A stretch of DNA of 64,000 bases from a virus, in the IMG/VR virus record IMGVR_UViG_3300036860_000057, positions 14,574 to 78,573 of that record. One strand, given 5' to 3'. The notes beneath the pieces are model-generated. The model did not search any database. It was not told the DNA's origin and was given only the letters and a program-made list of their open reading frames with translations. Below are positions 9,435 to 17,555 of this stretch, piece by piece (positions within the stretch are counted from its first letter, which is position 1; every line of letters starts with the position of its first letter). Made by a program: the position numbers and the translations under genes.

Positions 9435-9501
9435 TGGACCTGCTTGGAGTCGAACCAAGTTCTTGTCCCAACCTACGGGACAATCGATACCCATCAGGCC
9501 C
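9435..9501 (-). ncRNA. RNA resembling the tmRNA tRNA-like domain, with no mRNA-like domain
   Basis: GGGCCUG/CAGGUCC-A acceptor with G3-U70; unpaired AUGGGUAUCGA D-loop; 7-bp stem; GAA linker; T arm CUUGG-UUCGACU-CCAAG. Confidence 0.7.
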
Positions 9502-9525
9502 ATTCTCATCTGCCCATATGATATT

Positions 9526-9726
9526 CTAGTTGTGTGCGTAGACGTAGGTTTCAGCAGAGTTACTAGCTCTGGCGAGTTCCCATGTCTTACTCTTCATCAG
9601 CAGCTTCTTCAGTCTGTCTGTCTTAGTTCCCAGAGGAAATTCCCGTAGGAATGGAAACTCTGTGAACCACATTTGACACACACCGGAACCATACAAGAAC
9701 TGAATACGGAATAATTTTCTCATCAT
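9526..9726 (-). CDS. Hypothetical basic protein between two tRNA-like elements
   Basis: AGGAG RBS before ATG 9726; the longer track start overlaps the RNA element. Confidence 0.55.
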   Translation of the reverse strand: MMRKLFRIQFLYGSGVCQMWFTEFPFLREFPLGTKTDRLKKLLMKSKTWELARASNSAETYVYAHN

Positions 9727-9756
9727 ATCTCCTGTGAGTGTGGGCAGATGAGATAA

Positions 9757-9802
9757 TGGTGCAGCAGAGACTCGAACTCTGTGTAGGCCCACCTACCACA
9801 CC
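9757..9802 (-). ncRNA. Minimal tRNA-like RNA (acceptor stem, short hairpin, T arm)
   Basis: GGUGUGG/CUGCACC-A acceptor, UAGG/CCUA hairpin, CAGAG-UUCGAGU-CUCUG T arm. Confidence 0.6.
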
Positions 9803-9863
9803 AGAATATGCACGTCACTGTCTATCTTGATTCTATAATCAGATCAGTGATTGTGTCAAGTGA

Positions 9864-10367
9864 TTAGTATTTGTTATGAAGGTGTTTCCAGACCTTTCCT
9901 AGTTTTATACGAGATATGGCAACTTCACTTACATTGTATATCTTAGCTATTTTACTCTGCTTGATTTTATTGCTATTTAGTAATTTTATTATCTCTATTA
10001 CTTGCTCTTCTGTTAATTTAGCACTACCATGATTCTCTCCAATAGACTTAACAATCCTTCCTTTGGATTTACAGTCTTTCATATTGTCATCTTGTGTACC
10101 TAGTTTGAGGTGATTAGGATTAACACAAGAAGGATTATCACAGAGATGCATCACTAGTTTATTATCCGGTATGTCTCCATTTACTAACATCCACGACAAT
10201 CTGTGTGCTCTGTATCTCTTGTGATCAATAGCAATAATTCCATAATTATGATGATCTTTGTGCCCTAACCATTCCCAGCACTCACTATCTGATTTCTTGT
10301 TTATTTTGCTCCAAAAGTATTCAATTGGATTCATCTTTCCAAATTTGCTCATAATTTGTTCCTTCAT
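9864..10367 (-). CDS. HNH homing endonuclease with C-terminal HTH
   Basis: CWEW, AHRLSW, HLCDNPSCVNPNHL; likely start at MSKF. Confidence 0.9.
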   Translation of the reverse strand: MKEQIMSKFGKMNPIEYFWSKINKKSDSECWEWLGHKDHHNYGIIAIDHKRYRAHRLSWMLVNGDIPDNKLVMHLCDNPSCVNPNHLKLGTQDDNMKDCKSKGRIVKSIGENHGSAKLTEEQVIEIIKLLNSNKIKQSKIAKIYNVSEVAISRIKLGKVWKHLHNKY

Positions 10368-10448
10368 TTACATGCACGTAGAAATATGCACGTCAGAATA
10401 TGAGTATTGACTCAAGTGATTGATCTCTAGTGATCTTTTCTAGTGATT

Positions 10449-10631
10449 TTAGTCTCCCATACTATGGTTCGATAAGGACAGAGAAACGAAAAGTCCCCCA
10501 AAAAACACGCCAATAAGCATTGAAACAAACGTTTCGTCAATGGGCAATCCAGACCAATATCTTATTCCTGTTGATATAATCATCATCATGATAGTTATCA
10601 ACGTTCCCCTACCAACCATTTTCCAGTTCAT
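10449..10631 (-). CDS. Small two-TM membrane protein
   Basis: Two hydrophobic segments, GAGGTG RBS. Confidence 0.55.
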   Translation of the reverse strand: MNWKMVGRGTLITIMMMIISTGIRYWSGLPIDETFVSMLIGVFFGGLFVSLSLSNHSMGD

Positions 10632-10696
10632 TATCTCACCTCACAACTAGAATAATCCCTCTATAGGATGAACTATAGAGGGTGAATAGATTAGCA

Positions 10697-11824
10697 CTAT
10701 AACATAGTAGGCATAATAATGTGCCATGCAGCATACTCAGGTGTAAACTTGATCATGTATCCTATATTAGAAACATTCTTGAAATCAGCACGAATAGAAT
10801 ACCCATCGAACTTAGCAAGAGTTTCCACCAATTGGCTGATCTTGTAGCCTGACTTGATCGACTCACCAATCACATAAGCATCGACTACGCTGTCTGTAGT
10901 ACCCAGATCGCGACTAGTAGCACTCACCCGAATGATCTGCTTATCCTTGTCAGACTCAAGTGATGTGAACTCAGAAAATACTTCAGAACGTTTTAGGACA
11001 ATAGACAGACCATCAGGATCAACTCTCAGTGTATGCAGATCATTGGCAAAGAATATATGAGTGTAGTCAGGAAATTGGCCCTCTGTAAGATGCACGGCGA
11101 ATTCAGCGTTTCCAGACACAATAAACAACATTCCAGCATTGAAAATCAAGTCAATATCTTCCTCATACTTAATCTCATCAGCAAACAGTGACTTGAATTT
11201 CTCAATGGCTGATAGAGGCACGAGTCCCGATACTTTCCCATCGAATGATGGACTCCCAAACTCATATTCTCTGTGAGCCATGCGCTTAGTATCTGATGTT
11301 GTAACCTTGAGGGTGTTGGTATCATACTCGAACCAGACACCACTCAGGGCAGGCAGAACATCATCCTTAGAGGCAGCATACAACACCTCATTCAAGAGCT
11401 TCAACAGCACAGCAGCATTGATCATAATGCTAGGACTATCCTCAGCCTCATTATCTCTAGGCCAAGGAATTAAAGGGAATTCCTCACCGTCGATTCCCTT
11501 GAATGATGCTTTAGTCGCTCCGCAAACAATATTCAATTCCATCGTTCTCTGTACTATGTCTAGCTCGACTCGCTCAGGGGAGAGACGATCTACGAACTTA
11601 GCGAACCTGGTATAGGGAACACAGATTGATCCGTCCTGATCGACTACTGCCCCAACACCTACACGCATATCAGTATCCAGATCAGAAGTCTCAAGATAAA
11701 CACGCCCTGCATGAGTAGAAATTCTCACTGATTCTAGTACAGGCAGTGTTGATTTCTTAGAGACTGTCTTACCAACACGCCTCAGACCATTGGTTAGATT
11801 GTCTTGCAACATTGATACTTTCAT
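10697..11824 (-). CDS. dnaN: DNA polymerase III beta sliding clamp
   Basis: 375 aa; STLPVLE, TSDLD, EFPLIP, LSGV, SDTKRMA, GQFPDY, IIMP match DnaN motifs. Confidence 0.9.
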   Translation of the reverse strand: MKVSMLQDNLTNGLRRVGKTVSKKSTLPVLESVRISTHAGRVYLETSDLDTDMRVGVGAVVDQDGSICVPYTRFAKFVDRLSPERVELDIVQRTMELNIVCGATKASFKGIDGEEFPLIPWPRDNEAEDSPSIMINAAVLLKLLNEVLYAASKDDVLPALSGVWFEYDTNTLKVTTSDTKRMAHREYEFGSPSFDGKVSGLVPLSAIEKFKSLFADEIKYEEDIDLIFNAGMLFIVSGNAEFAVHLTEGQFPDYTHIFFANDLHTLRVDPDGLSIVLKRSEVFSEFTSLESDKDKQIIRVSATSRDLGTTDSVVDAYVIGESIKSGYKISQLVETLAKFDGYSIRADFKNVSNIGYMIKFTPEYAAWHIIMPTML

Positions 11825-11859
11825 TATGTTTATCCTTTTATTGTAACAGGCACGTCGAA

Positions 11860-12228
11860 TTAGATGTTACGTCTAAATGAGAATTGTGCAAGTGGTTTCC
11901 ATGATTCCTTTTGTCTCCAATAGGCAAATGTAGGAATCAATTTCTTATCCTCTACTAGATGACCAATGCGATCCAGTGTGCTGTTGCTAGCCGTACGCAT
12001 CTTACCGATCATTAACTGAGGATCACGAGAAAACATTACTTGTGTCTCCCCTGTATTGAGAGTCACTACCAAGACTCTATATACTTGATTAACTGGTCCC
12101 TCATAAGCATCAGGCAACATAGCATAGCACGCTGAGCAATATCCATCTCCAGCGTCATTCTCCTCTGTAATTTCATTGGCACATACACGGCAAACAGGCA
12201 CGTCAAATTCTTCATTCTCTTGTATCAT
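11860..12228 (-). CDS. Hypothetical Zn-finger protein
   Basis: CRVC...CSAC. Confidence 0.55.
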   Translation of the reverse strand: MIQENEEFDVPVCRVCANEITEENDAGDGYCSACYAMLPDAYEGPVNQVYRVLVVTLNTGETQVMFSRDPQLMIGKMRTASNSTLDRIGHLVEDKKLIPTFAYWRQKESWKPLAQFSFRRNI

Positions 12229-12259
12229 GATAGATATTCCTCTCTGTGTGATTATTAAT

Positions 12260-12308
12260 AGCCTAATTCGAGTATCCTACAACTAAGTAAGATACTCTAG
12301 GTTAAGCT
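12260..12308 (-). other. Intergenic stem with internal loop (RNase III-like site)
   Basis: AGCUUAA/UUAGGCU lower stem, 4/3 internal loop, 11-bp upper stem. Confidence 0.45.
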
Positions 12309-12807
12309 ATAAAGTGTTTTCGTCCCATCCAATAATGATATGTTTCAATCCAATTTCATTAGCTTCTGATACAATTTTATTGAATTGATCCCAGAATGAA
12401 TCACCAATCACAATAAAACTCTCAATCAAGTTATCAGGCTCAACAGTGAGCCATTTACCTTTGTTCACAAACATATTGTATTCATATACCACATTTGGAT
12501 CAATCTTGGTTGGGCCGGGATTATCTAATCGATATTCTTCGATCCAATGCTCTGCAATCTCATCAAAGTTAACCTCAGAGATCGCAGCATTGATCAGATC
12601 AGAGAACATATTAGCTTGACCGCCCAGTGGGTTATCTTCCTCTATGTATTCCTTCAGAGCATCAGCCAGATCATACACGGCGTAATCAGAGTATGGATCA
12701 GAGATCATATCTCGAACCATATCATAGCTATCTTGCTCATTGGATAACCACAGACTGACTAACCATGTCTCATGGTTGTACCATCCGTTGTATTCTTTGT
12801 GTTCCAT
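12307..12807 (-). CDS. Phage hypothetical protein (YNGW-N-ETW motif)
   Basis: AAGGAGTCA RBS before MEHK; motif YNGWYNHETWLVSLW. Confidence 0.65.
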   Translation of the reverse strand: MEHKEYNGWYNHETWLVSLWLSNEQDSYDMVRDMISDPYSDYAVYDLADALKEYIEEDNPLGGQANMFSDLINAAISEVNFDEIAEHWIEEYRLDNPGPTKIDPNVVYEYNMFVNKGKWLTVEPDNLIESFIVIGDSFWDQFNKIVSEANEIGLKHIIIGWDENTL

Positions 12808-12847
12808 CGTTTGACTCCTTGTCAAAATATGCACGTCTCTATTTATA

Positions 12848-12876
12848 ATTATATTCCTAGTTTATAACTAGGTCAA
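12848..12876 (-). promoter_or_regulatory. sigma70 promoter with an inverted repeat in the spacer
   Basis: TTGACC-N17-TATAAT; CCTAGT-N5-ACTAGG inverted repeat. Confidence 0.65.
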
Positions 12877-13036
12877 TACTTCATTACGATATGGTAATTA
12901 GAAATACATGCACGTCTAAAACATGCACGGAGAAATATCAGTATTGAATCTCTGCACTATGATTCTCTGATTCTTCCAACCTAGTGATTTAGTTCTACTT
13001 ACTATGATTTCAGATTGTCCTATTCTCTGCTCGACT

Positions 13037-13273
13037 CTAGTAGTGACCTAGTGTCAATTCAGCGCGTATCTGATTGAACCTATGTACAGATGAACGATAG
13101 GATCGACCTAAACGATCCTTATTGCTTCGAGATACGAAACTAAAGATAGCTAGTTTCCTAATCTCAGGATCAATGTTTTCTGATATACACTGGAAACGTA
13201 TAAACCCTATGCCCAGTTTCCAATTAGCTCGAACTATATGGTAGGCTCGTTTATACTGCTGCTTAGTTGTCAT
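13037..13273 (-). CDS. Hypothetical basic protein
   Basis: GAGGA RBS. Confidence 0.6.
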   Translation of the reverse strand: MTTKQQYKRAYHIVRANWKLGIGFIRFQCISENIDPEIRKLAIFSFVSRSNKDRLGRSYRSSVHRFNQIRAELTLGHY

Positions 13274-13407
13274 GATAATTATCCTCTCACAATTGATTGA
13301 TCATACTCTAATAGCAGAGCGCTAGACTGCGCACAATGTCGCTAATTCTAGCGCTATGGTGATTAAGGTAGGATGCTACCTAGATCGCGGATTAGACGAT
13401 TCTAGGG

Positions 13408-14004
13408 CTATTGTATCTTGTCTACTGATTTATAGGTGTATGGCACACTTCCCACATAACCATAGACTGATCCATATTCACCCTCCAGTTCCTCAACAAA
13501 TAACCCACCATATGCTGATAGGTCTTTGCCGATTGACTCCCCAATGGCTGTAATCTCTTGGCTATCAGTAATGAGAGTTAATCTAGGATCAATATCTTCT
13601 ATTGTCTGGAACACATCAAAGTGAAATCTCTTTATGTCCCACACGTTGACAAATCCCTGATCGCTTTCATATAAATAGACCGATCTGATTGACTCGTCTA
13701 TCAATTCTGGAAACAGAACGTAATCAACTAGATCAACATCATAGCGCCACACCATAGGCAAATCAGATGCATCTGCTAGATCATCACTGTCTAGTCCAAA
13801 CTCGCCAGCATAGGCTAGTTCAGCCTCTGATGTTGCGTCAAAGTCTGGTGGATCACCCCATAGTTGGAGATTATCCCACATATAGGGAACGTATCGGGGA
13901 TTAGATTCAAACTTCCCTAGGTTACTTACTCTAATCTGATAATCCTCAAGATCGTACATATCAGATTCTAATAGATCATTCTCATCATAGAACTTGTTAA
14001 TCAT
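13408..14004 (-). CDS. Acidic hypothetical protein
   Basis: Coupled to upstream ORF; D/E-rich. Confidence 0.65.
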   Translation of the reverse strand: MINKFYDENDLLESDMYDLEDYQIRVSNLGKFESNPRYVPYMWDNLQLWGDPPDFDATSEAELAYAGEFGLDSDDLADASDLPMVWRYDVDLVDYVLFPELIDESIRSVYLYESDQGFVNVWDIKRFHFDVFQTIEDIDPRLTLITDSQEITAIGESIGKDLSAYGGLFVEELEGEYGSVYGYVGSVPYTYKSVDKIQ

Positions 14005-14587
14005 TATCTGACTCCTCTAATAGTCCTAGACTTTCGCAAGCATCGCGAATATCTGACGAGTCAAAATACCCATCTTCAGAATACTTGTTATTATCGCCTA
14101 ACCACGACCATACTTTACTGACATTCTCATCTAAGTTATCAATACTCAAATAACGTAATTCTTGATAGATACAATCACCCTCAGATTCATATTCTTTATT
14201 ACTCCAGTGATCCTCATCTGCTACCGGATATAGATTCAATTTGTCTAACCAACCTTTGATAGCTACAGCCGCAGCAGTAGGTAGACCACACTCATTGATC
14301 ATACGGATCATAAGATTCTCAGTAGGCGTAAACCAGGATGAGAATCGCTCGATTGTGGTATCATCCGAGAAACGTTCGATCATATCTTCAGAGATAACTT
14401 CCCAGTTTGAATCCTCAAGTAAGTTAGATACGTTAGGAGCATAGCTATACATGATTGCCCATGTATCCCCGATAGGTGTATCCCCATGATAGCCAAATCC
14501 ACCCATAGATCGCCGTGAGATTTCACGAGGATCACTAGCATGGATATGCTTGGAACAATAGTCTAATAACTCGATGTCATAAATCAT
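13997..14587 (-). CDS. Acidic hypothetical protein
   Basis: AAGGAGTCA RBS; YPVADED motif. Confidence 0.65.
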   Translation of the reverse strand: MIYDIELLDYCSKHIHASDPREISRRSMGGFGYHGDTPIGDTWAIMYSYAPNVSNLLEDSNWEVISEDMIERFSDDTTIERFSSWFTPTENLMIRMINECGLPTAAAVAIKGWLDKLNLYPVADEDHWSNKEYESEGDCIYQELRYLSIDNLDENVSKVWSWLGDNNKYSEDGYFDSSDIRDACESLGLLEESDND

Positions 14588-14599
14588 GATTTGACTCCT

Positions 14600-14794
14600 T
14601 TATAAATAGAATGGTTTATCTTTGATATAGCTAACACACTTCTTAGTATCTTTGCATGGGGCAGCATAGATAGGAAAGTGCAAGGCAACATAGATCGCCA
14701 TATGCTGATCAATGCTGGCGATCATACTATCAACATCTGAGCTATCCGATAGATGAGATAACTCATTATCAAACTGCAGTAGAATACTAGTCAT
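14600..14794 (-). CDS. Hypothetical protein
   Basis: AAGGA RBS. Confidence 0.5.
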   Translation of the reverse strand: MTSILLQFDNELSHLSDSSDVDSMIASIDQHMAIYVALHFPIYAAPCKDTKKCVSYIKDKPFYL

Positions 14795-14914
14795 AGATTG
14801 ATCCTTAATGCGTCGTGTGAGACGCTACAACAGCCCTAGATTTGATGATACAACAAATCCCCTAGACTAGCCTTGCACTAGTCAGCCGCGTCTAACGGAT
14901 AGGGGATATGATAG

Positions 14915-15541
14915 TTATTTTTTACCGTTACTTGTGAAGTGTTTGACTGTCCAGTCTACCATGTTATCAAATGGGTGACCCTTGCTATTCCACTTGGCTA
15001 CAGTAGACTCCAGCCATTTGCACTCCTCATCATTAAGCATCCGATTCAGTTTGTCAGAATCACTCATTACGTTTCGTACTTGAATCCAATCGATCTTACC
15101 TGAGACGAACGATCCATTATCCTTTGATTTGTTACCGTTAGACTTAGCCTTGCTATTCTCACCCTTTGGGGAATTCACATGCTTAGTCTTGCCGAGTACA
15201 CTGCCCATCACATCATAGGCAATCTCACGGATAGAATTATCAGGAACGATCTCAATATCAATTGGTGTATGCCCATTGGCTAAACCTTGAGACACTAGGT
15301 CAATGTTTCCTTCACTGTCCATCACAGGGACCAAATCCTTAGCGCCCTTAGTGAATCCGGGCAGCATCCCGATAGCGAGGTCATCATTGATCCGCTTAGT
15401 CTTGATCTTGCCATAGCGCAATTCGATATTCTCTGTTTCCAACTGGCGTACATACTTCTCAATATCGTCAGCATATGCTTCCCATTCTCTAACATATCCG
15501 GGAAACATAAAGTGAACTAACTTAACTGTGAATGTGTTCAT
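14915..15541 (-). CDS. Hypothetical protein
   Basis: GGAG RBS before MNTF. Confidence 0.6.
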   Translation of the reverse strand: MNTFTVKLVHFMFPGYVREWEAYADDIEKYVRQLETENIELRYGKIKTKRINDDLAIGMLPGFTKGAKDLVPVMDSEGNIDLVSQGLANGHTPIDIEIVPDNSIREIAYDVMGSVLGKTKHVNSPKGENSKAKSNGNKSKDNGSFVSGKIDWIQVRNVMSDSDKLNRMLNDEECKWLESTVAKWNSKGHPFDNMVDWTVKHFTSNGKK

Positions 15542-15604
15542 GATATTTTTCTCCATATATCTCTAATTAGAATTCTAGCACGATACTCTATAGGATGCAA
15601 GACC

Positions 15605-15847
15605 CTATAGAACGACCTTACGTAGTCTCAACGTTTCCCACTGTGACCACGTTCCATTGTTCTGCATATGGCGCACCACAACATACTTACGATAGTCTAC
15701 TGTGATAAGACCATACTGCAAGCCAATCGATGATCCTACACTGGCGATAGACTTTACCGCACGATAGACAACGTATCTAGTGGGGACTACTGATGCGGCA
15801 TTGTAGTCCATTGTGACGGGCGATTTGACGTTATGCTTAATGACCAT
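15605..15847 (-). CDS. Hypothetical protein
   Basis: AGGAGTCA RBS before MVIK. Confidence 0.55.
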   Translation of the reverse strand: MVIKHNVKSPVTMDYNAASVVPTRYVVYRAVKSIASVGSSIGLQYGLITVDYRKYVVVRHMQNNGTWSQWETLRLRKVVL

Positions 15848-16325
15848 GATCTGACTCCTGTTTAGGTACTGACTTATAAAAGTATCCATAGACACATCGA
15901 GTCCCACCCCGTGTGCAATCATAGGTATCATTCAATACCCCATCTATGACTGCTGCGGAATGCTTAGACACATTGACAACTAACCTACCCATAGGCAATT
16001 CACCGTCTCGAAGGTGTACAGTACATCCTTTGCCTATTTGCATAGTTGATACCCATGTCCAGCCAATCGACTCCATATAACGGCGGATAGTTGGCTTGTA
16101 GACTCCCGTTCTGGCGTTAGACTTGCCTTGCTTGTTCTTACTCTTGTGTTCTGTCTTAGCAAGGTTATTAATAGCCTTGTAGACTGTTTTGTAGTTTTGT
16201 TCGGTAGCTATTGCAATTGCTCTTACTACACAATCTGCGGCTTGTCCTTTATAACCTGCTGCGGATCGCCCACCGTCATTATAATGAAAGGCCATTCCTA
16301 CTACTGGGGGAAGGCTTGCTGTCAT
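15837..16325 (-). CDS. Phage protein with possible Cys-His-Asp triad
   Basis: YNDGGR, DCVVRAIAIA, H...IDG..NDTYD. Confidence 0.6.
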   Translation of the reverse strand: MTASLPPVVGMAFHYNDGGRSAAGYKGQAADCVVRAIAIATEQNYKTVYKAINNLAKTEHKSKNKQGKSNARTGVYKPTIRRYMESIGWTWVSTMQIGKGCTVHLRDGELPMGRLVVNVSKHSAAVIDGVLNDTYDCTRGGTRCVYGYFYKSVPKQESDHGH

Positions 16326-16350
16326 GATTGACTCCTTGAGTGTGATTAGA

Positions 16351-16411
16351 TTTGTGCTCTCATGAATACTCGTTAAGCCCTACCCTAACGAGTATTAGAT
16401 CAGAGTACAAA
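16351..16411 (-). other. Intergenic stem with 5/4 internal loop (RNase III-like site)
   Basis: UUUGUACUCU/AGAGCACAAA lower stem with one mismatch, GAUCU/CAUG loop, 11-bp AAUACUCGUUA/UAACGAGUAUU upper stem. Confidence 0.5.
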
Positions 16412-16413
16412 AC

Positions 16414-16734
16414 TTACTGAGCGTTGTAGTAGTTACGATATAGCTCCATGCCCACAATGTAACCTTGTCCTGTCCATTGGATCACTGTTTCAGGGAAAGG
16501 CTTACCCATATCATACTCTATGCCTCGAACCGCATAGTGCTTAGTCCCTACTAGTGAGAGGCTAATAGTACGATAACGAGTAATCCCGTTCACTTGCCAA
16601 TTATCCTGACAAGTTACACTGTCTGAGAATTGATCTACTGTATAGCTCATGTCCTCATATAATGTAACGAGTCGCCCTGGTTGACAATCTGAAGCATGAA
16701 ACCCTATCAACAACGCGAGTAGTAATGCTGTCAT
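16414..16734 (-). CDS. Hypothetical secreted protein
   Basis: Hydrophobic N-terminus, AAGGAG RBS. Confidence 0.6.
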   Translation of the reverse strand: MTALLLALLIGFHASDCQPGRLVTLYEDMSYTVDQFSDSVTCQDNWQVNGITRYRTISLSLVGTKHYAVRGIEYDMGKPFPETVIQWTGQGYIVGMELYRNYYNAQ

Positions 16735-16753
16735 GTGTGACTCCTTTAAGTCT

Positions 16754-16809
16754 GGACTCTTCAGTGTAGCTAGTTAGCTACAGACTGGGGACAAGCCCCA
16801 GTTTCGTCC
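16754..16809 (-). ncRNA. Type II hammerhead ribozyme HH-A
   Basis: GGAC-GAAA-CUGGGG(cuugu)CCCCAG-UC^UGUAGC(uaacua)GCUACA-CUGAAGA-GUCC; complete core, three stems, GUC cleavage triplet. Confidence 0.92.
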
Positions 16810-16991
16810 TATAGCTCCCATCGGGGAGCATCACCTCGGCGCATCATCTCATCATTGACTAGTTCTAATTCCTTGCGTATCTGATCCTGGTATTCCTCAG
16901 TCTGATACAGATCAGGATCATCAAGAATAATCAGTAAGTCTAGACGCTTCCAAGAGATTTGTTCGTCGTCTAACTTCTGTAGACTTCTCAT
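16809..16991 (-). CDS. Hypothetical protein flanked by two hammerheads
   Basis: AAGGAG RBS before MRSLQK; the track start lies inside HH-B. Confidence 0.6.
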   Translation of the reverse strand: MRSLQKLDDEQISWKRLDLLIILDDPDLYQTEEYQDQIRKELELVNDEMMRRGDAPRWEL

Positions 16992-17006
16992 TATGTGACT
17001 CCTTGT

Positions 17007-17067
17007 TAGGCTCATCAGTACAGGCTATTACCTGTAGACTAGGGAAAGTATCCCTAGTTTCGTCCTA
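17007..17067 (-). ncRNA. Type II hammerhead ribozyme HH-B
   Basis: UAGGAC-GAAA-CUAGGGA(uacuu)UCCCUAG-UC^UACAGG(uaauag)CCUGUA-CUGAUGA-GCCUA; stem II has a bulged A. Confidence 0.88.
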
Positions 17068-17328
17068 TAGACCAAATCCGTTATCAATAAAGAAACGAGT
17101 AAACCCTATTTCAACAATTCCCCATACAGTGGTCTTGATTAGACCCTCGTTGTTATTAAGAAAATATTGCTTACCCCAGTAAGGATCAATCTTGATTTGA
17201 ATAACCGTGAAAGTGTGATTTTTCTGCATATGGAATAACGTACCGTCAATCCTGACAACATCCCCTACTGACAACATAGGATCAGGATTAGTTTTAACTG
17301 GAACTAGAGGCATACGAAACTTAAGCAT
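17065..17328 (-). CDS. Hypothetical protein
   Basis: AAGGAG RBS before MLKFR. Confidence 0.55.
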   Translation of the reverse strand: MLKFRMPLVPVKTNPDPMLSVGDVVRIDGTLFHMQKNHTFTVIQIKIDPYWGKQYFLNNNEGLIKTTVWGIVEIGFTRFFIDNGFGL

Positions 17329-17339
17329 TGGTAGACTCC

Positions 17340-17555
17340 TTATTTCACGAAAGTATAAATAGGGCGATTGTACTGTGCTGCTAATTTCATTAACTCTACT
17401 GCTACCGCCCATTCACAATTGTACTTATTGCATATTGTTTCCACTACTGCTATCTGCTGAGGCGTTCCGCTTAGTCGCATCTTAGACTCTAGTGAATTAG
17501 AGTAAGAGGCTGTAAGTAGGTCGTCTGGGTTGTACTGGCTGATTACTGTGTTCAT
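17340..17555 (-). CDS. Hypothetical protein, first gene of the leftward array
   Basis: ORF downstream of the promoter. Confidence 0.5.
   Translation of the reverse strand: MNTVISQYNPDDLLTASYSNSLESKMRLSGTPQQIAVVETICNKYNCEWAVAVELMKLAAQYNRPIYTFVK

Noticed and set aside
9435-9802. Full-length or permuted two-piece tmRNA
   Set aside because: Each tRNA-like element closes on itself, their acceptor strands do not cross-pair, and the intervening sequence is an ORF with its own RBS and no tag-like ending
14810-14915. Bona fide twister-sister ribozyme
   Set aside because: Only the UGCAAGN loop matches; the conserved cleavage-site internal loop was not found, so it is kept only as an unassigned candidate
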